A model generated the notes under the pieces. It did not search any database, had not been told where the DNA came from, and worked only from the letters and a program-made list of their open reading frames with translations. Positions 39,717 to 52,600 of a stretch of 64,000 nucleotides of DNA are shown here, in pieces. Origin of the DNA: Octopus sinensis (lineage: Eukaryota); assembly GCF_006345805.1 (NCBI RefSeq), contig NC_043002.1:88102001-88166000 (forward strand), written 5' to 3'. Within the stretch, counting starts at the first letter, position 1. The number at the start of each line of letters is the position of its first letter. A program made the position numbers and the translations under genes.

Positions 39717-40151
39717 GGATCTTTTCAGTTTGAACGGCAGTTTTTAACATAATTTCTAGGTAACTAAAAAATTTTAAACTTCATATACTGGTAGAATGTG
39801 TTTATAAAACATGTTTTTCTCTTGGATTTATTGAGAAAATTCTATAGTTTGTTAGATATTTGTTTTTTTTTTATTCTTCAATTTCTGCAATTTCAACCAA
39901 TCAATGACGTCCATTGAGGTAAAAAAACATTCTGTGCCGTATGAATATGTCTCTCGTTTAAGAAACAGATTGGGTTTATTTACATTTGTGAAGAAAAAAA
40001 GATATCCTTCCCCCACCCCTAACCCTAACCCTAACTAAGCCTAACCCTAAAACAGATTGAAATGCAATAGATCGATACTAGGGTCATAATTATGGGTGAC
40101 AATTTCATATGACACTGCTAGAAAAAACTGCCGTTCAAACTAAAAAGATCC
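39717..40151 (-). mobile_element. TTAGGG-bearing TIR element, complete, 8-bp TSD
   Basis: TIR GGATCTTTT(C/T)AGTTTGAACGGCAGTTTTT; TSD attccttc at 39709-39716 and 40152-40159; (CCCTAA)n ~40015-40050. Confidence 0.9.
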
Positions 40152-40794
40152 ATTCCTTCCACCCTCTGTCATTTCTTCCAGTCTCAGAGACAACATAGAG
40201 GGTCATGAGCACTGCCCTTCCCTCCTGACTAAAAGCAAGAAAAAAAAAAGTTATTTTGAACCACTCAAATTCTGCTCAAAGCAGAATCAACTTGGGTCAA
40301 TAATATGGACCCATTTTCATTATTACATTTGTTGAGTACTTGGAATTCCTTAGAAACCAGTTTGTCAATACAGTTCAATGTCTGGACTTAATGTAACTAT
40401 TGATATTGTGGTTATTTTGCTTGTGTATCTATGTTTTATTATTTGTTCTGGTGGGAGTGGTAATATTTTCAAAACAGTGTTGTATTGTTATACTGTGTTC
40501 TGTACCTTAATTATGTTCACTTAGATTGTATTGATCATATTTCAGCTTAAATCGATAAACCAGTAGATACAGTTATCAATTTTTTTTTAAGTAATACTTA
40601 ATAAGCTTCACATACAGAAATAAGTAACTGGTTTGTAACAGGGTATCTTGCAATTTTTAATATTTATTGCAAAGTTTACATGGATGTTAGCTTTGTATGA
40701 GATGCTTAGATTTTTAAGAGATCTTGTGACAGTTGTTTCGTCAAAGCTGAGGAGAATCCTAATAACCTTCATACTTCATGTTTATTATTTATTT

Positions 40795-41103
40795 GGATCT
40801 CTTCAGTTTGAACAGCAGTTTTTTCTAGCAGTGTCATATGAAATTGTCACCCATAATTATGACCCTAGTATCGATCTATTGCATTTCATTCTGTTTTAGG
40901 GTTAGGGTTAGTTAGGGTTAGTTAGAGTTAGGGTTAGGGTTAGGGTTAGGGGTGGGGGGAAGGGTATCTTTTTTTCTTCACAAATGTAAAAATAAACCCA
41001 ATCTGTTTCTTAAACGAGGGACATATTCATACGGCACAGAAAAAAAGATACCCTTCCCCCCACCCCTAATCCTAACTAACTCTAACTAACCCTAACCCTA
41101 AAA
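40795..41103 (+). mobile_element. Partial TTAGGG-bearing element ending in a fold-back copy of its telomere-like block
   Basis: Left TIR at 40795; 41038-41103 is an imperfect reverse complement of ~40895-40978. Confidence 0.85.
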
Positions 41104-41527
41104 CTGACATAGACTATCTTCCTCTGTGCAAAATTATTTATCTCTCATGTTTTTATGTTATAAACTCCACTAGTCGAAAACATTGTTGATTATAAGCTTC
41201 GTAATATAAACACCACTAGCTTGAAATATATTGACTTTTATGACTCTATGTGAGCTGTATAAGATTAAAGGATTAGAACTTTGGACGAATCAGAACCCGC
41301 TCTTTCATAGAGGGTTAAAGCAATTTTGAAATTTTTTTGATATTTAATTCACATCAAAGAGATATAAATCAAAATCAGCTGTTATGGCTTTATTTTAATT
41401 TCAAATTACAGCATTGAAGTAAATAATGTAAGGAATTTAGTCTGACTCAGTATCATACCCTCCAGTTAGTTCTACTACTTTAACTTCCAATACACACATG
41501 CACACACCCACACAGTCATCATGCACG

Positions 41528-41567
<40 letters not shown>

Positions 41568-41572
41568 TACAT

Positions 41573-42940
41573 GACAGAAGTAAATAGACACCCTTATAAT
41601 CACCAAAATTTATTTAAATCTGAAATTATACATTCAAATTATTTATTAATTGTTATAATGTAAATATTTAATATTTAGTAAACATGCCCTTTGCAATTTC
41701 CAATGCAAGGATCCTATTAGACATGATCAGATGACAAATATTCTCTTGTGGAATTTCTTACCAAGTTTCATGCAGTAATCTCAAAAGATCTGGCTTTGAA
41801 GATGTTTTCTTGTTCTTTTTATGAAGTGTCCTGCCCATTATGTCCCAGAGGTAAGGCAGTGAGCTGGCAGAAATGTTAGCATGCCGGACAAAATGCTTAG
41901 TGGTATTTCGTCTGTCTTTATGTTCTAAGTTCAAATTCCACCGAGGTCGACTTTGCCTTTCATCCTTTCGGGGTTGATAAATTAAGTACCAGTTGCATAT
42001 TGTGGTTGATCTAATTGATTGTTCCCCTCCCCAAAAATTTCAAGCCTTGTGCTTAGAGTAGAAAAGAAGTGTTCAAAAGGATTCATAACTGGTGACTGGC
42101 TTAGCCATGGAAGCTTTTTAATGCCATTCTCATCCAACAAATCCTGGGTCATTTTAGCCGTGTGACAAGGAGCCCCATTGTCCATAAATAGAGAGTCATC
42201 TTTAATCATTTCACCTCTGGAAAAGTTTGGAAGGAATCCTTTCTACAATATGGACACATATTTATCTGAGTTTATGTTTCCCTCACACTCTACTACCTCT
42301 GATCAACCATTGCTCTAAATTGAGCATCACAGAATAGCTGCCATGTTTCATAATTCATTGTAATCTTTTCAACACCAAATTCTTGGTCAGAGAGTCTCCA
42401 GACCCACACTCGACCACTGTCAGAAAATACAGCAAATCTGGACTCATCAGAAAATATGACAGTATCTCAAAATGCTAGTGGCCTCTCCACCATCTCATTG
42501 GCCCAATCTTTTCTCCATTTGATGTTGGCTGCTCAAGGAAGTGGCTTCCTTCTTGCTGCTCTGCCATAGTAACCAAGTTTGTGGAGATATCTGACAGTTG
42601 TTCTGAGACTGACATCAACTTGTTCTGCTATGTCAGAGGCCTTACAATGAGGATTATCCTTCACACTTCTCTTAGCAAAGAGGAGGTTCCCAATAGAGGG
42701 CCCTGGTTGATCTGAACAAGGGGACGTGGACTCCTTCCCCTCTCTGGTGAATTGCACAATCACTCCATTAACTGTAGAACGCATGATCCCAAGGTTTCCT
42801 ACGGTTTTACACTGACTATGTCCACCTTCAGAATGACCCACAATACAGCCTCTTTGAAATTCAGATAGTTCCAAGGTTTCTTTTGTACATGGCATGATTA
42901 GGCAGTCACATATAGAACCTGAAACATAAAAATGTTATAT
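41573..42940 (-). mobile_element. Tc1-like element; transposase pseudogene 41668-42895 split by a SINE at ~41850-42066
   Basis: MPCTKE...RAARRKPL...VIFSDESRF...DNGAPCHTAK...SPVMNPFEH[SINE]WDIMGRTL...AKGMFTKY*. Confidence 0.9.
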
Positions 42941-43249
42941 AATTTGTATATGTGTGTGTATGTGTATATGAATGTGTGTTACTGTCTCCTTGACTTCATG
43001 TGCTAGTTGTAACATGCCTGGTCATGGAGAATATTACCTTGCTTGGAAATAGATGAAGGTTGGCAACAGGAAGGGCATCCAGACATAGAAAATCCAATAT
43101 AACAACTTACATCTGACCCATGCAAGAATGGAAAAGTAGGTGTAGAATGATGACATCTCCATAATGTACAAAATTTTCTTTGAAATATGATATCAGAATT
43201 GTCTATTTTTGGTTGTTTCCCTACTGAACATCCATTTTTGTATCAACAG

Positions 43250-43338
43250 TACCTGAAACTCCAGAAGAAAACCTAGAAGATCTCCTGTCCTATGATGATG
43301 TTTTCTGGGATTATTTCAATCATTTTCTTAAGGCACCG
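43250..43338 (+). CDS. RGS22-like exon (PETPEENLEDLLSYDDVFWDYFNHFLKAP)
   Basis: Acceptor tttttgtatcaacag|, donor ccg|gtaagt; phase 1 in, phase 0 out. Confidence 0.85.
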
Positions 43339-46300
43339 GTAAGTTTCTACATATTTGATACTGAAAAGTTTGATTGTAAGCAATGTTTATTGCTGTAATA
43401 ATATCTTTGACTTGGAACATGCATGGCTTATAACTCTTAGATTTTGTTCTGACATATTTCATCAAATACTTATCTTTACAATACATAGCTTGTAGAATAT
43501 GTCATCAACCATACTTTAATTTTAAATTATGCGCATATGTTTGACAAAGAAAAACACTTAATCGAGTGTATATGCATGTATAAATACATATACCAGATTT
43601 ATATATATTTCTTCTATAAGCACACACACTTACACACTTATACATACACACAAACACACACACACACACACATACAAACTGTACCACAGTATGTTACTAA
43701 TTACCTTATTATTTTCCATGCAGATAGCGTCCCTGAGTAAAATCCCCTCAGTTATTATGTTGTCATACATAATTGCACATACCAAGAGTAATTTCTTATT
43801 TACAGATCTGGTCATCATGGCAAAGATTATACTTCTGATAAGATCAGAACATACCTGGAATTACTACCATGTCTGCCAAAGATCAGATCAATTTCCTTTC
43901 TCAGCACACGTGTGTTTCTAGTTTATATTTCTGTAAATATCCATGCATAATACAACATTTTGTTGAACCAAAATCAGGAATAAAAAATTAAGGTTGCATA
44001 TAATGGTTTCACATCTTAGTGCTCCACCAGCAATTTCAGAGGAGAGGCAAATCAATTACATCAACCCCAGTACTTAACTAATACTTATCTTATTGACCTC
44101 AAAAGGATGAAAGGCAAAGTCAACCTCAGCGGAATTTGGACTCAGAATAGAAAAATGGACAAAATACCTATTTCTTTATTACCCACAAGGGGCTAAACAC
44201 AGAGGGGACAAACAAGGACAGACAAACAGATTAAGTCGATTACATTGACCCCAGTGCGTAACTGGTACTTAATTTATCGACCCCGAAAGGATGAAAGGCA
44301 AAGTCGACCTTGGCGGAATTTGAACTCACAACGTAACACAGACGAAGTACCGCTAAGCATTTCGCCCGGCGTGCTAACGTTTCTGCCAGCTCACCGCCTT
44401 GGACAAAATACCATTAATCATTTAGCCTGCCGTGCTAACAGTTCAGCCAGTTTGCTGCCTTAGGGCTGTAGATAATACATTGCATTAGACTGTAAAGTTT
44501 TTCCCCACTCACTTATATGAAGCAAAAACACAGTAGGGTTATAAAAGTATTGTGAAAATTGTTTGAAAGCAATTATTCTAAAAGCAGTTATTTGAAATAA
44601 ATATCATTTGTGAACTTGATATTTAATTTAATCGGTTTTGTTTAAATAAAATAAAAAATTTAGAATAATTAACATTTCGTATAATTGTCCTTTTGAATAA
44701 TTTTCTTTCATACAATTTTCCATTCAAATAAATGTTTTTCAAATAATTGTTTTTGAACAATTATTTTCGAACAATGATCACATAATCGTAATAAAGCCTT
44801 ATCATTGTTTTTCTTTTAGATTATATTACAGGTGAAATAAACATTGGAGATGCTTTTACCCCCACACATAAACTGCAAGAACTGGTAGCGGTGTTGGTGG
44901 TGGTAGTGGTTCTGGTGGACTTTGCTGCAGTAGATACCAGATCAGTGTTCCACAATTGCACAGATGATTTGTTTATAGGAATCATATGTCTGTGCTATCC
45001 TTTAGCTCACTCACTCCATCAAATCAACATTGCCTTGTGCATTTTTGTTGTTTGTTCCTTCTCGAGCCATGCCTGGCTCATAAGGGCCGGTTTCCCGATT
45101 TCTTGGCATATAGGTTCCCCACCTGGATGGGACGCCAGTCTGTCGCAGGTGAGCTGCAAGATGCAGGAGGAAAGAGTGAGAGAAAGTTGTGGCGAAAGAG
45201 TCAGCAGACGTTTTGCCATTACCTTCTGCCGGAGCCACGTGGGGCTTAGGTGTTTTCGCTCATAAGCACACACATCATCTGGTCTGAGATTTGAACCCGC
45301 GATCCCTCGACCGCAAGTCTGCTGCTCTAACCACTAGGCCATGTGCCTCCACACCTTGTGCATGGTGTACTACATGTCAGATTTTGAAGTGATCAAGGCA
45401 AAAAGTAAATTGAGTGTTTTACTCGCAAGTGTTGTACAACAACGCACAGCCTGATCAGAGAATTGAAAACTTGAAACTTGCAATTGTGAATACAACCCCA
45501 TAACCAGTGAGCCACTTGCTCTCACATTACAGGAACTACTCAGAGGTATTGCAAGCTCTTCTTCTGAGTCCATTGCAATGTTTAAAGCCCTTCCATACCA
45601 TCAAGTAGCTCAGGGTCACAAGCACATCACTCATTAGTCAGTATGCTTTACCTGAGTGGGGCAGCTAGAACTGAATCACGTTTTCTCTGCAGAATGTTTC
45701 CACATGTGATCTCTTGTCAACCATAACTGCCTTAAGTTGGTTTCAGCTGCCGTGTCTATCTCCTTGGTGACTTTTTTTCAGTTGTCTGGGTTTCAGATCA
45801 GCCTTCTGCAAGAAATAGTACACTGATCTGGTTGGAAAGTTGCAACAGCTGGCTTAAATAGGGAATGAAATTAAATATTAAAGAAACTAACACACTAGAT
45901 TATAGTTGATTATCAACCCTTGTAGTAGCACTGCAACAGCATAGCATAGCAATATAAGTTTTTAACACAATTTAAGCCCCCAAAATTGTTATACATATTA
46001 TACTTGGTAATGTTATGCATAAATATTTATGGCTATTGAGATATCAATTTAATCAACCTTTCTCTAAGGTAGATGTGAGCTTAGCTCTCCTTGGTGCTGC
46101 TAGTGTCTTGATTAATCAAAGTTTCCAGCTTGCCTCATATAAGTGCTTACATTACTAGATGTAGTATGTACTATTATAATAGTTATCATCATTGCTACTG
46201 ATGTGATTTGTCACTGTATTTGTGACTAATAAGCATTCACATCCACTGTAAATTCACTAATACTTCTATTGATTATAAGCTGCACTTTATGTGTCATTAT

Positions 46301-49300
46301 TTCAGCAGTTGAGAAGGCAGTGAGCTGGCAGAATCATTAGCATGCTGTGCAAAATGCCTAGCTATGTTCTGAGTTCAAATTCCGCCGAGGTCGACTTTAC
46401 CTTTTATCCTTTCAGGTCGATAAATTAAGCACCAGTTATGCACTGGGGTCGATGTAATCAACTTAATACCTATGTCTGTCCTTGTTTGTCCCCTCTATGT
46501 TTAGCCCCTTGTGGGTAATAAAGAAATAGGTATTTCGTCTGCCGTTACGTTCTGAGTTCAAATTCCGCCAAGGTCGACTTTGCCTTTCAGCCTTTCGGGG
46601 TCGATAAAATAAGTACCTGTGGACACTGGGATCAATGTAATCGACTCATCCCCACTTCTCTTAAGCTGCCCTTATGGAAAAAATTTGAAATAATTATTTA
46701 AGCAATTGGATTTATTTGGAAAACATCTTGAGTAACATTACACATTGTAATGGTGTTATTGAATGGTTGGCAGGTAATTAAGGGCTTAGACAAATGTAGA
46801 AGTGCAGAGCTCCTGGCCTCATTTTTTATAGCCTACATACCTGATGGAAATTATCCTTGGCCCAGAGACCCAACTTGATTCTTAACAACAAGGTGTACTC
46901 TATAAAACATCCATGATGCAGGTAGTGGAATTAAAATTAAGTCAATACTCATGTTTGAGAATGGTCTCTCCACACAGTTTCTATCTACAAAATTCTACTC
47001 ACTTTGATCAGCCCAAGACTCTGACAGAAGATGCTTGACCAAGGAGCAGTGCAATGGGATTGAACCCAAAACAACCACAAGGTAGTGAAGCAAACTCTTT
47101 AACCATATAGCTCGGCATTGCATTTTGTTGCAAGGAATAGGTCACCTCTGATACAATTCTGAGACATTGCAATCATGTACTGCTTTAATGTGATTCAATA
47201 TAATTCATTTACTATTATACACTTCATTTTGGCTTCAGGTAAAGCTTCTATTTACTTAACTGTCAAAATTGGATTTGTAGTCTTACATTTCTACAAATGA
47301 AATTCAAGGATGGAAATGGCATGAGGGTTATACACAGCAGTTGGAATGCATTTGCAATTAAGCTGTCCAATGTGACACACACACATACCCATTTTTGTAT
47401 TATACAGTATAGAACTAAAGTAATTGGCTATGACAAGAGAGCTGAATTTGGGTGAAAAAAACACAGAAGCCTGTAGTGTATATAGTTTCAATGTATCTAT
47501 CTTCACACACCTTTTTGAATTCTGTTGATGAATACGAATTCTATGAGAAACTCAGTGTCCTTGGTTTATATAGTTAAAATTTACAGAAAGGCATAGGAGT
47601 GGCTGTGTGGTAAGTACCTTGCTTACCAACCACATGGTTCCGGGTTCAGTCCCACTGCGTGGCATCTTGGGCAAGTGTCTTCTACTATAGCCTAGGGCCG
47701 ACCAAAGCCTTGTGAGTGGATATGGTAGACGGAAACTGAAAGAAGCCCGTCAAATATATGTCTATATGTTTATATATATGTGTGTGTGTATATGTCAGTC
47801 CCCACAACATCGCTTGACAACCGATGCTGGTGTGTTTATGTCCCCCTAACTTAGCGGTTCGGCAAAAAGAGACCGATAGTATAAGTACTAGGCTTACAAA
47901 GAATAAGTCCTGTCGTCGATTTCCTCGACTAAAGGCGGTGCTCCAGCATGGCCACAGTCAAATGACTGAAACAAGTAAAAGAGTAAAAGAGTAGACAACA
48001 CAAGACAAAGACAGGTGAAGAAATAACAAGCAGGTGTATTAGTTTAACACTCGGGAAGAATGGAAAAGTCTCTGACGTTTCAAACCTACGCTCTTTGACA
48101 GAAAGGATTAAGAGGCAAAAAACAGAGAGAAAATGGGAAAAAATGGAGAGAGAAAGAAAATATTAGGGATTACCGTAAATCCTCGAGTATAGTCTGTCCT
48201 TGAGTATAATACACAGGGGATTTTTAGGGAGTTGTACCTCTGAAAAACCTAAACCTTGTGTATAATACGCACCCCTTCTCTAACTTGAGCCAAGGAGGTC
48301 TATATACGTCCTTGGTTTGTAAAAATGTATATGGTAATGTCCTTTATTATTATTGTATATATAACATAATGCAAACGTGTAGCTTTTTTGTGCATTTTGT
48401 TTGCAGAAAATAAAGAAATAACAGTAATAACATTTAATAAATGTTGCTTACTGCAAGTTATGGATGATTCTTTTATGACTTCATTGCTTTCAGGCTTAGC
48501 TTAAGGTATTTTCGCACCCGACATCACAAAATGCGTCTGAATAAACATTGCCGGACAGTAAATAGAAACTCAGACATTGTTTAGAAAATATTTTTCATTT
48601 TTAACTTTGTATATAGTATGCATTAGGGATTTTGACCTTTAAATTTTGGGGAAAAAATGCAGATTATACTCGAGGATTTACGGTAATAGTTCAACATGAT
48701 GAAATGGCTAGAAGAAAGAGGCTGAATGAAAGGGAGATAAGAACAGTAACCCAGACGAAGCTAAGGTGTGTGTATGTGAGAATGGTGAGTGTGAGTGTGT
48801 ATATGTTAAAGGGGGTGAGTGCATGAGTATGTATGTGTGGGCAAGCTGAAAATTGTGTAGACCTGTGTGTGTATATAAGTATAAGTAACCTAGTGCATTG
48901 GTTTATACTACTTCAACTTATAAAGCAGAACAAAAACTGTCATGACACTGTGTTAAGTTTATAAAGGTGCTTCTGCACTGCTTCTAACATCATAGAATCA
49001 AATTTTTTTTTATAAGCATTTCTTCTACGTAGCTACGTAGACATTGTACATTGTTTTGTTGAAGGAAAAAAAAAGAGCATCCAATCAACTCCAAGGAATG
49101 TGATTCATATTTTGAAATTCTGTAAGATGTTTATAGAGAAATTAGAGTTGATTCCTCTATAAACTTGTCTCTAATGTACATATACCTGTCACTAAGACTA
49201 TTGTATATGAATTAAGCTTTTACATAATAAAAAAAAACCCATATGTGATTATCAAAAGCTCATACAGGAAGTTACAGCTCTATTTTTGATACATTTCTGA

Positions 49301-49576
49301 TAATTCTTGGCACATTTTCAGCCCCTATTTTTTCATCTAATAATTTGGACAGTATTAGTAATTACAAATTTAGAATTATCAAAGCTGAATTTCAGGTTAA
49401 TTGCTGAAATTGGATCCAAATCAATCTGTTTTATACTTAATAATGATGGGTATTTCCTGTTGTCAACCAACTAATCAGTGCTTTAAATATACAGTAAATG
49501 CATCAATTACTGTGGATAAAGGATGCTGCAAGATCACTGTAATTTTCACAACTCCATCATTCAAGTACTACTACTA

Positions 49577-49612
<36 letters not shown>

Positions 49613-49651
49613 ATGCTACTCCTACTACTACTCCTCCTCCTCCTCCTACTA

Positions 49652-49687
<36 letters not shown>

Positions 49688-52600
49688 CTACTACTATTTC
49701 TACTACTACTACTACTACATCATAATCATTATCATCACCATCACTACCACCACCACTACCACCACCACCACTACCATCATCATCCATGGTATGTGGTAGT
49801 TCCTGTTGGTTACATTACATGTCATCTTTTAACTGATTGATGTATATTTTCACAATACTTAAATCAATGCAATTACAATGACATCGAGACATTTAAAGTA
49901 GGATGTCTCTAGCCAGCTCTAATGTCCAGCAAAGCAAATTCGGTTTTCTCAAATGCTATTTGATACTTTTAGAAGTTTCTTGTATTAATGAGGTGTTCAT
50001 TCCATGACATACTGAAAATGGAATAAAATATGTGCACATAGTCGCATGCTTCATGCCATCAGTGCCATATCTAGAGTATGTGCTGTTTGTTGTTTGTTCC
50101 TTCTTGAGCCATGCCTGGTTTCCTGGACAGGACGTCAGTCTGTCACAGGTGAGCTGCAAGATGCAGGAGGAATATGTGAGAGAAAGTTGTGGCAGAAGAA
50201 TCAGCAGAAGTTTTGCCATTCAAAAATATTAACCTTTTAATTTTCTTAAATCCCTTACAGAAAAAAGTGCATAAAAGTTGATACACAGGATGTTTAGGTA
50301 AAAGGAAAAGAAAATACAATATCCCATCTAAAAATGAAAGTATTTTAAAAAGTCAAAAAATATCGACTAGATTATGGCTGGGATATAACAGTTTATTCTA
50401 AGTAGCTGCCCTCACCTTCCACCACAGCCCCTCAAGACAGCTCCAGAATCTAGTGTGTGCATTCCTCACTGTGTTCCTGGGAAGATCTTCTGCCACCTCC
50501 ATTATCTTGGCCACCAGCTCTTCTTTGGTTCTGTAAGTAGAGTGGTTGGTGTCTTACTCATCTGTGCCCCACATGTGGTAATCCTTGGGACTACAATCAG
50601 AGAAACAGAGAGGCAAGAACTTGAGGCTGATGAAATCATAGAAATGACCTTCAAACATTGGGCCTCACAGAGGCAATGACAGGAGACCAAGATCTTTGGA
50701 GATATGCTGTGATTGAGAAGACCCGAAAACTAAAGTGAGATTGCAGCCATGCATGTCTGGCCCAGTCAAGAGCACCATTGATGTGTCCAGTGATATGACA
50801 TGCTTGAGAAGACCTGTTGAGTCAAGTAAAACCAAAATCGTAGCTGTGGCCAATGCCCCTTGACTGGCTCCCGTGCTGGTGGCACATAAAAAGCACCATC
50901 TGAACGTGGCCAATGCCAATATCTCCTGACTGGCTCCCATGCTGGTGGCGTGTAAAAAGCATAATCTGAACATAATCGATACCAGTACCCACTGACTAGC
51001 CCCCGTGCCGGTGGCATGTAAAATGCACTATCTGAACACGATCGATGACAGGCCTGCCTGACTGGCTCTTGTGCCAGTGGCACATAAAAAGCACCTATTA
51101 CACTGTCAGAGTGGCTGGTGTTAGGAAGGTCTTCCAGCTGTAGAAACATTGCCAGATAAGATTGGAGCCTGATGCAGCTGCTGGCTCTCCAGACCTCAGT
51201 CAAACAGTCTAACCCATGCCAGCATGGAAAACGGACGTTAAATGATGATGATGATGATGATTGGATTTCCATCTTCAAAAACTTTTTAAACAGCATTGAT
51301 TTCTTTAACTGAGAATATTGTCTTTTTTTTTATTATATCATCTTAATACAATATCTTAATGACTATTTTCATCATATCACATTCTCCTCTTAATTTTACA
51401 ATGACTTCATCATTGAGATTGAGGTCCACAACATGTGAGTCATTTACTGTAATGTATGACACGTATTCTAGATATCTTTGATGTAAATCAAGTTGAATGA
51501 TTCTTTCTATGACGTCTGTAATATCAGCCTTGAATCCCACTGTATCACTCCTGATCTATTAACTGCAATAACGATGTTGTATTTGGTGGTAAAAATATAG
51601 TCTTAATATTTTCACATGTCACCAAGAGTAGTCACATCATATAGAATATTATCATAAATTAAGAAAAAAATTGAAGTACAAATTTATAGGTTTACAATAT
51701 CTTTCAATCTCAGAACAAAGACAGTTTTTGAACCAATTTTCAAATAAGGATTTTGAAACCCAAACATTTCTATTGAAACCCTATAATAACAATTTGTGTT
51801 TCTGATTAAACAATTAATAAATACATTTTTTTAATATGGATGGGGCTGTATTATTGTTAAAATGAAATTACTATTTTCAAATTTCGTTTTTCAGGTTTTT
51901 CCAATTGGTTTATCTTATAACCGTTTAACAGGAGCTTTTGAGGATAGCCAACCAAATATTAATGAAAATGGTTCTGCAAAAACACCCTTGTCTCAGTATG
52001 GAGCTACATCAGAAGAATGTGAGATGATGCTTTCGTGGGCACAGTACAGAAGACTACCACTTTTTATAAGGCTAGTTTAGAAAGCTATTCTTGCAAATTA
52101 ACTTCCGACACCAAGTAATCTAATTAATTACATTTGAACAAATGTATACAGTATCTTTTATTTTTTATTTGTTTCAGTCACCTGACTGTAGCCATGCTGG
52201 GGCACCACCTTGATATGTTTAGTTGAATAAATTAATATCAGTACTTAGTTTTTAAAGTCTGGCACTTGTTCTATTGGTCAGTTTTGCCAAACCACAAAGT
52301 AAACAACCCAATACTGATTGTCAAGTGGTGGGGAGACTGACACAAAGATACACACATACATATATAACATATATACATTCATATATGTGTGTGTGTGTGT
52401 GTGTGTGTGGAGAGAGAGACAGACAGACAGAGACAATGAGCTTTCTCACAGTTTCTACCTACCAAATTTACTCACAAAACATTGGTCACTGCAGGGCAAT
52501 AGCAGGAAACCCTTGCTTAAGGTACTGCACAGTGGAACTGAACCCAAACCCACAAACTTGCAAAGTGAGCTTCTTAACCACACAGCCATGCTTAGAATAC

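Noticed and set aside
43806-43915. Extra exon after tttcttatttacag
   Set aside because: Phase-0 reading stops, and family similarity is contiguous across 43338-51895.
45520-45870. Minus-strand exon with good acceptor and donor
   Set aside because: Stops in all three frames; at most non-coding or TE-derived, not supportable.
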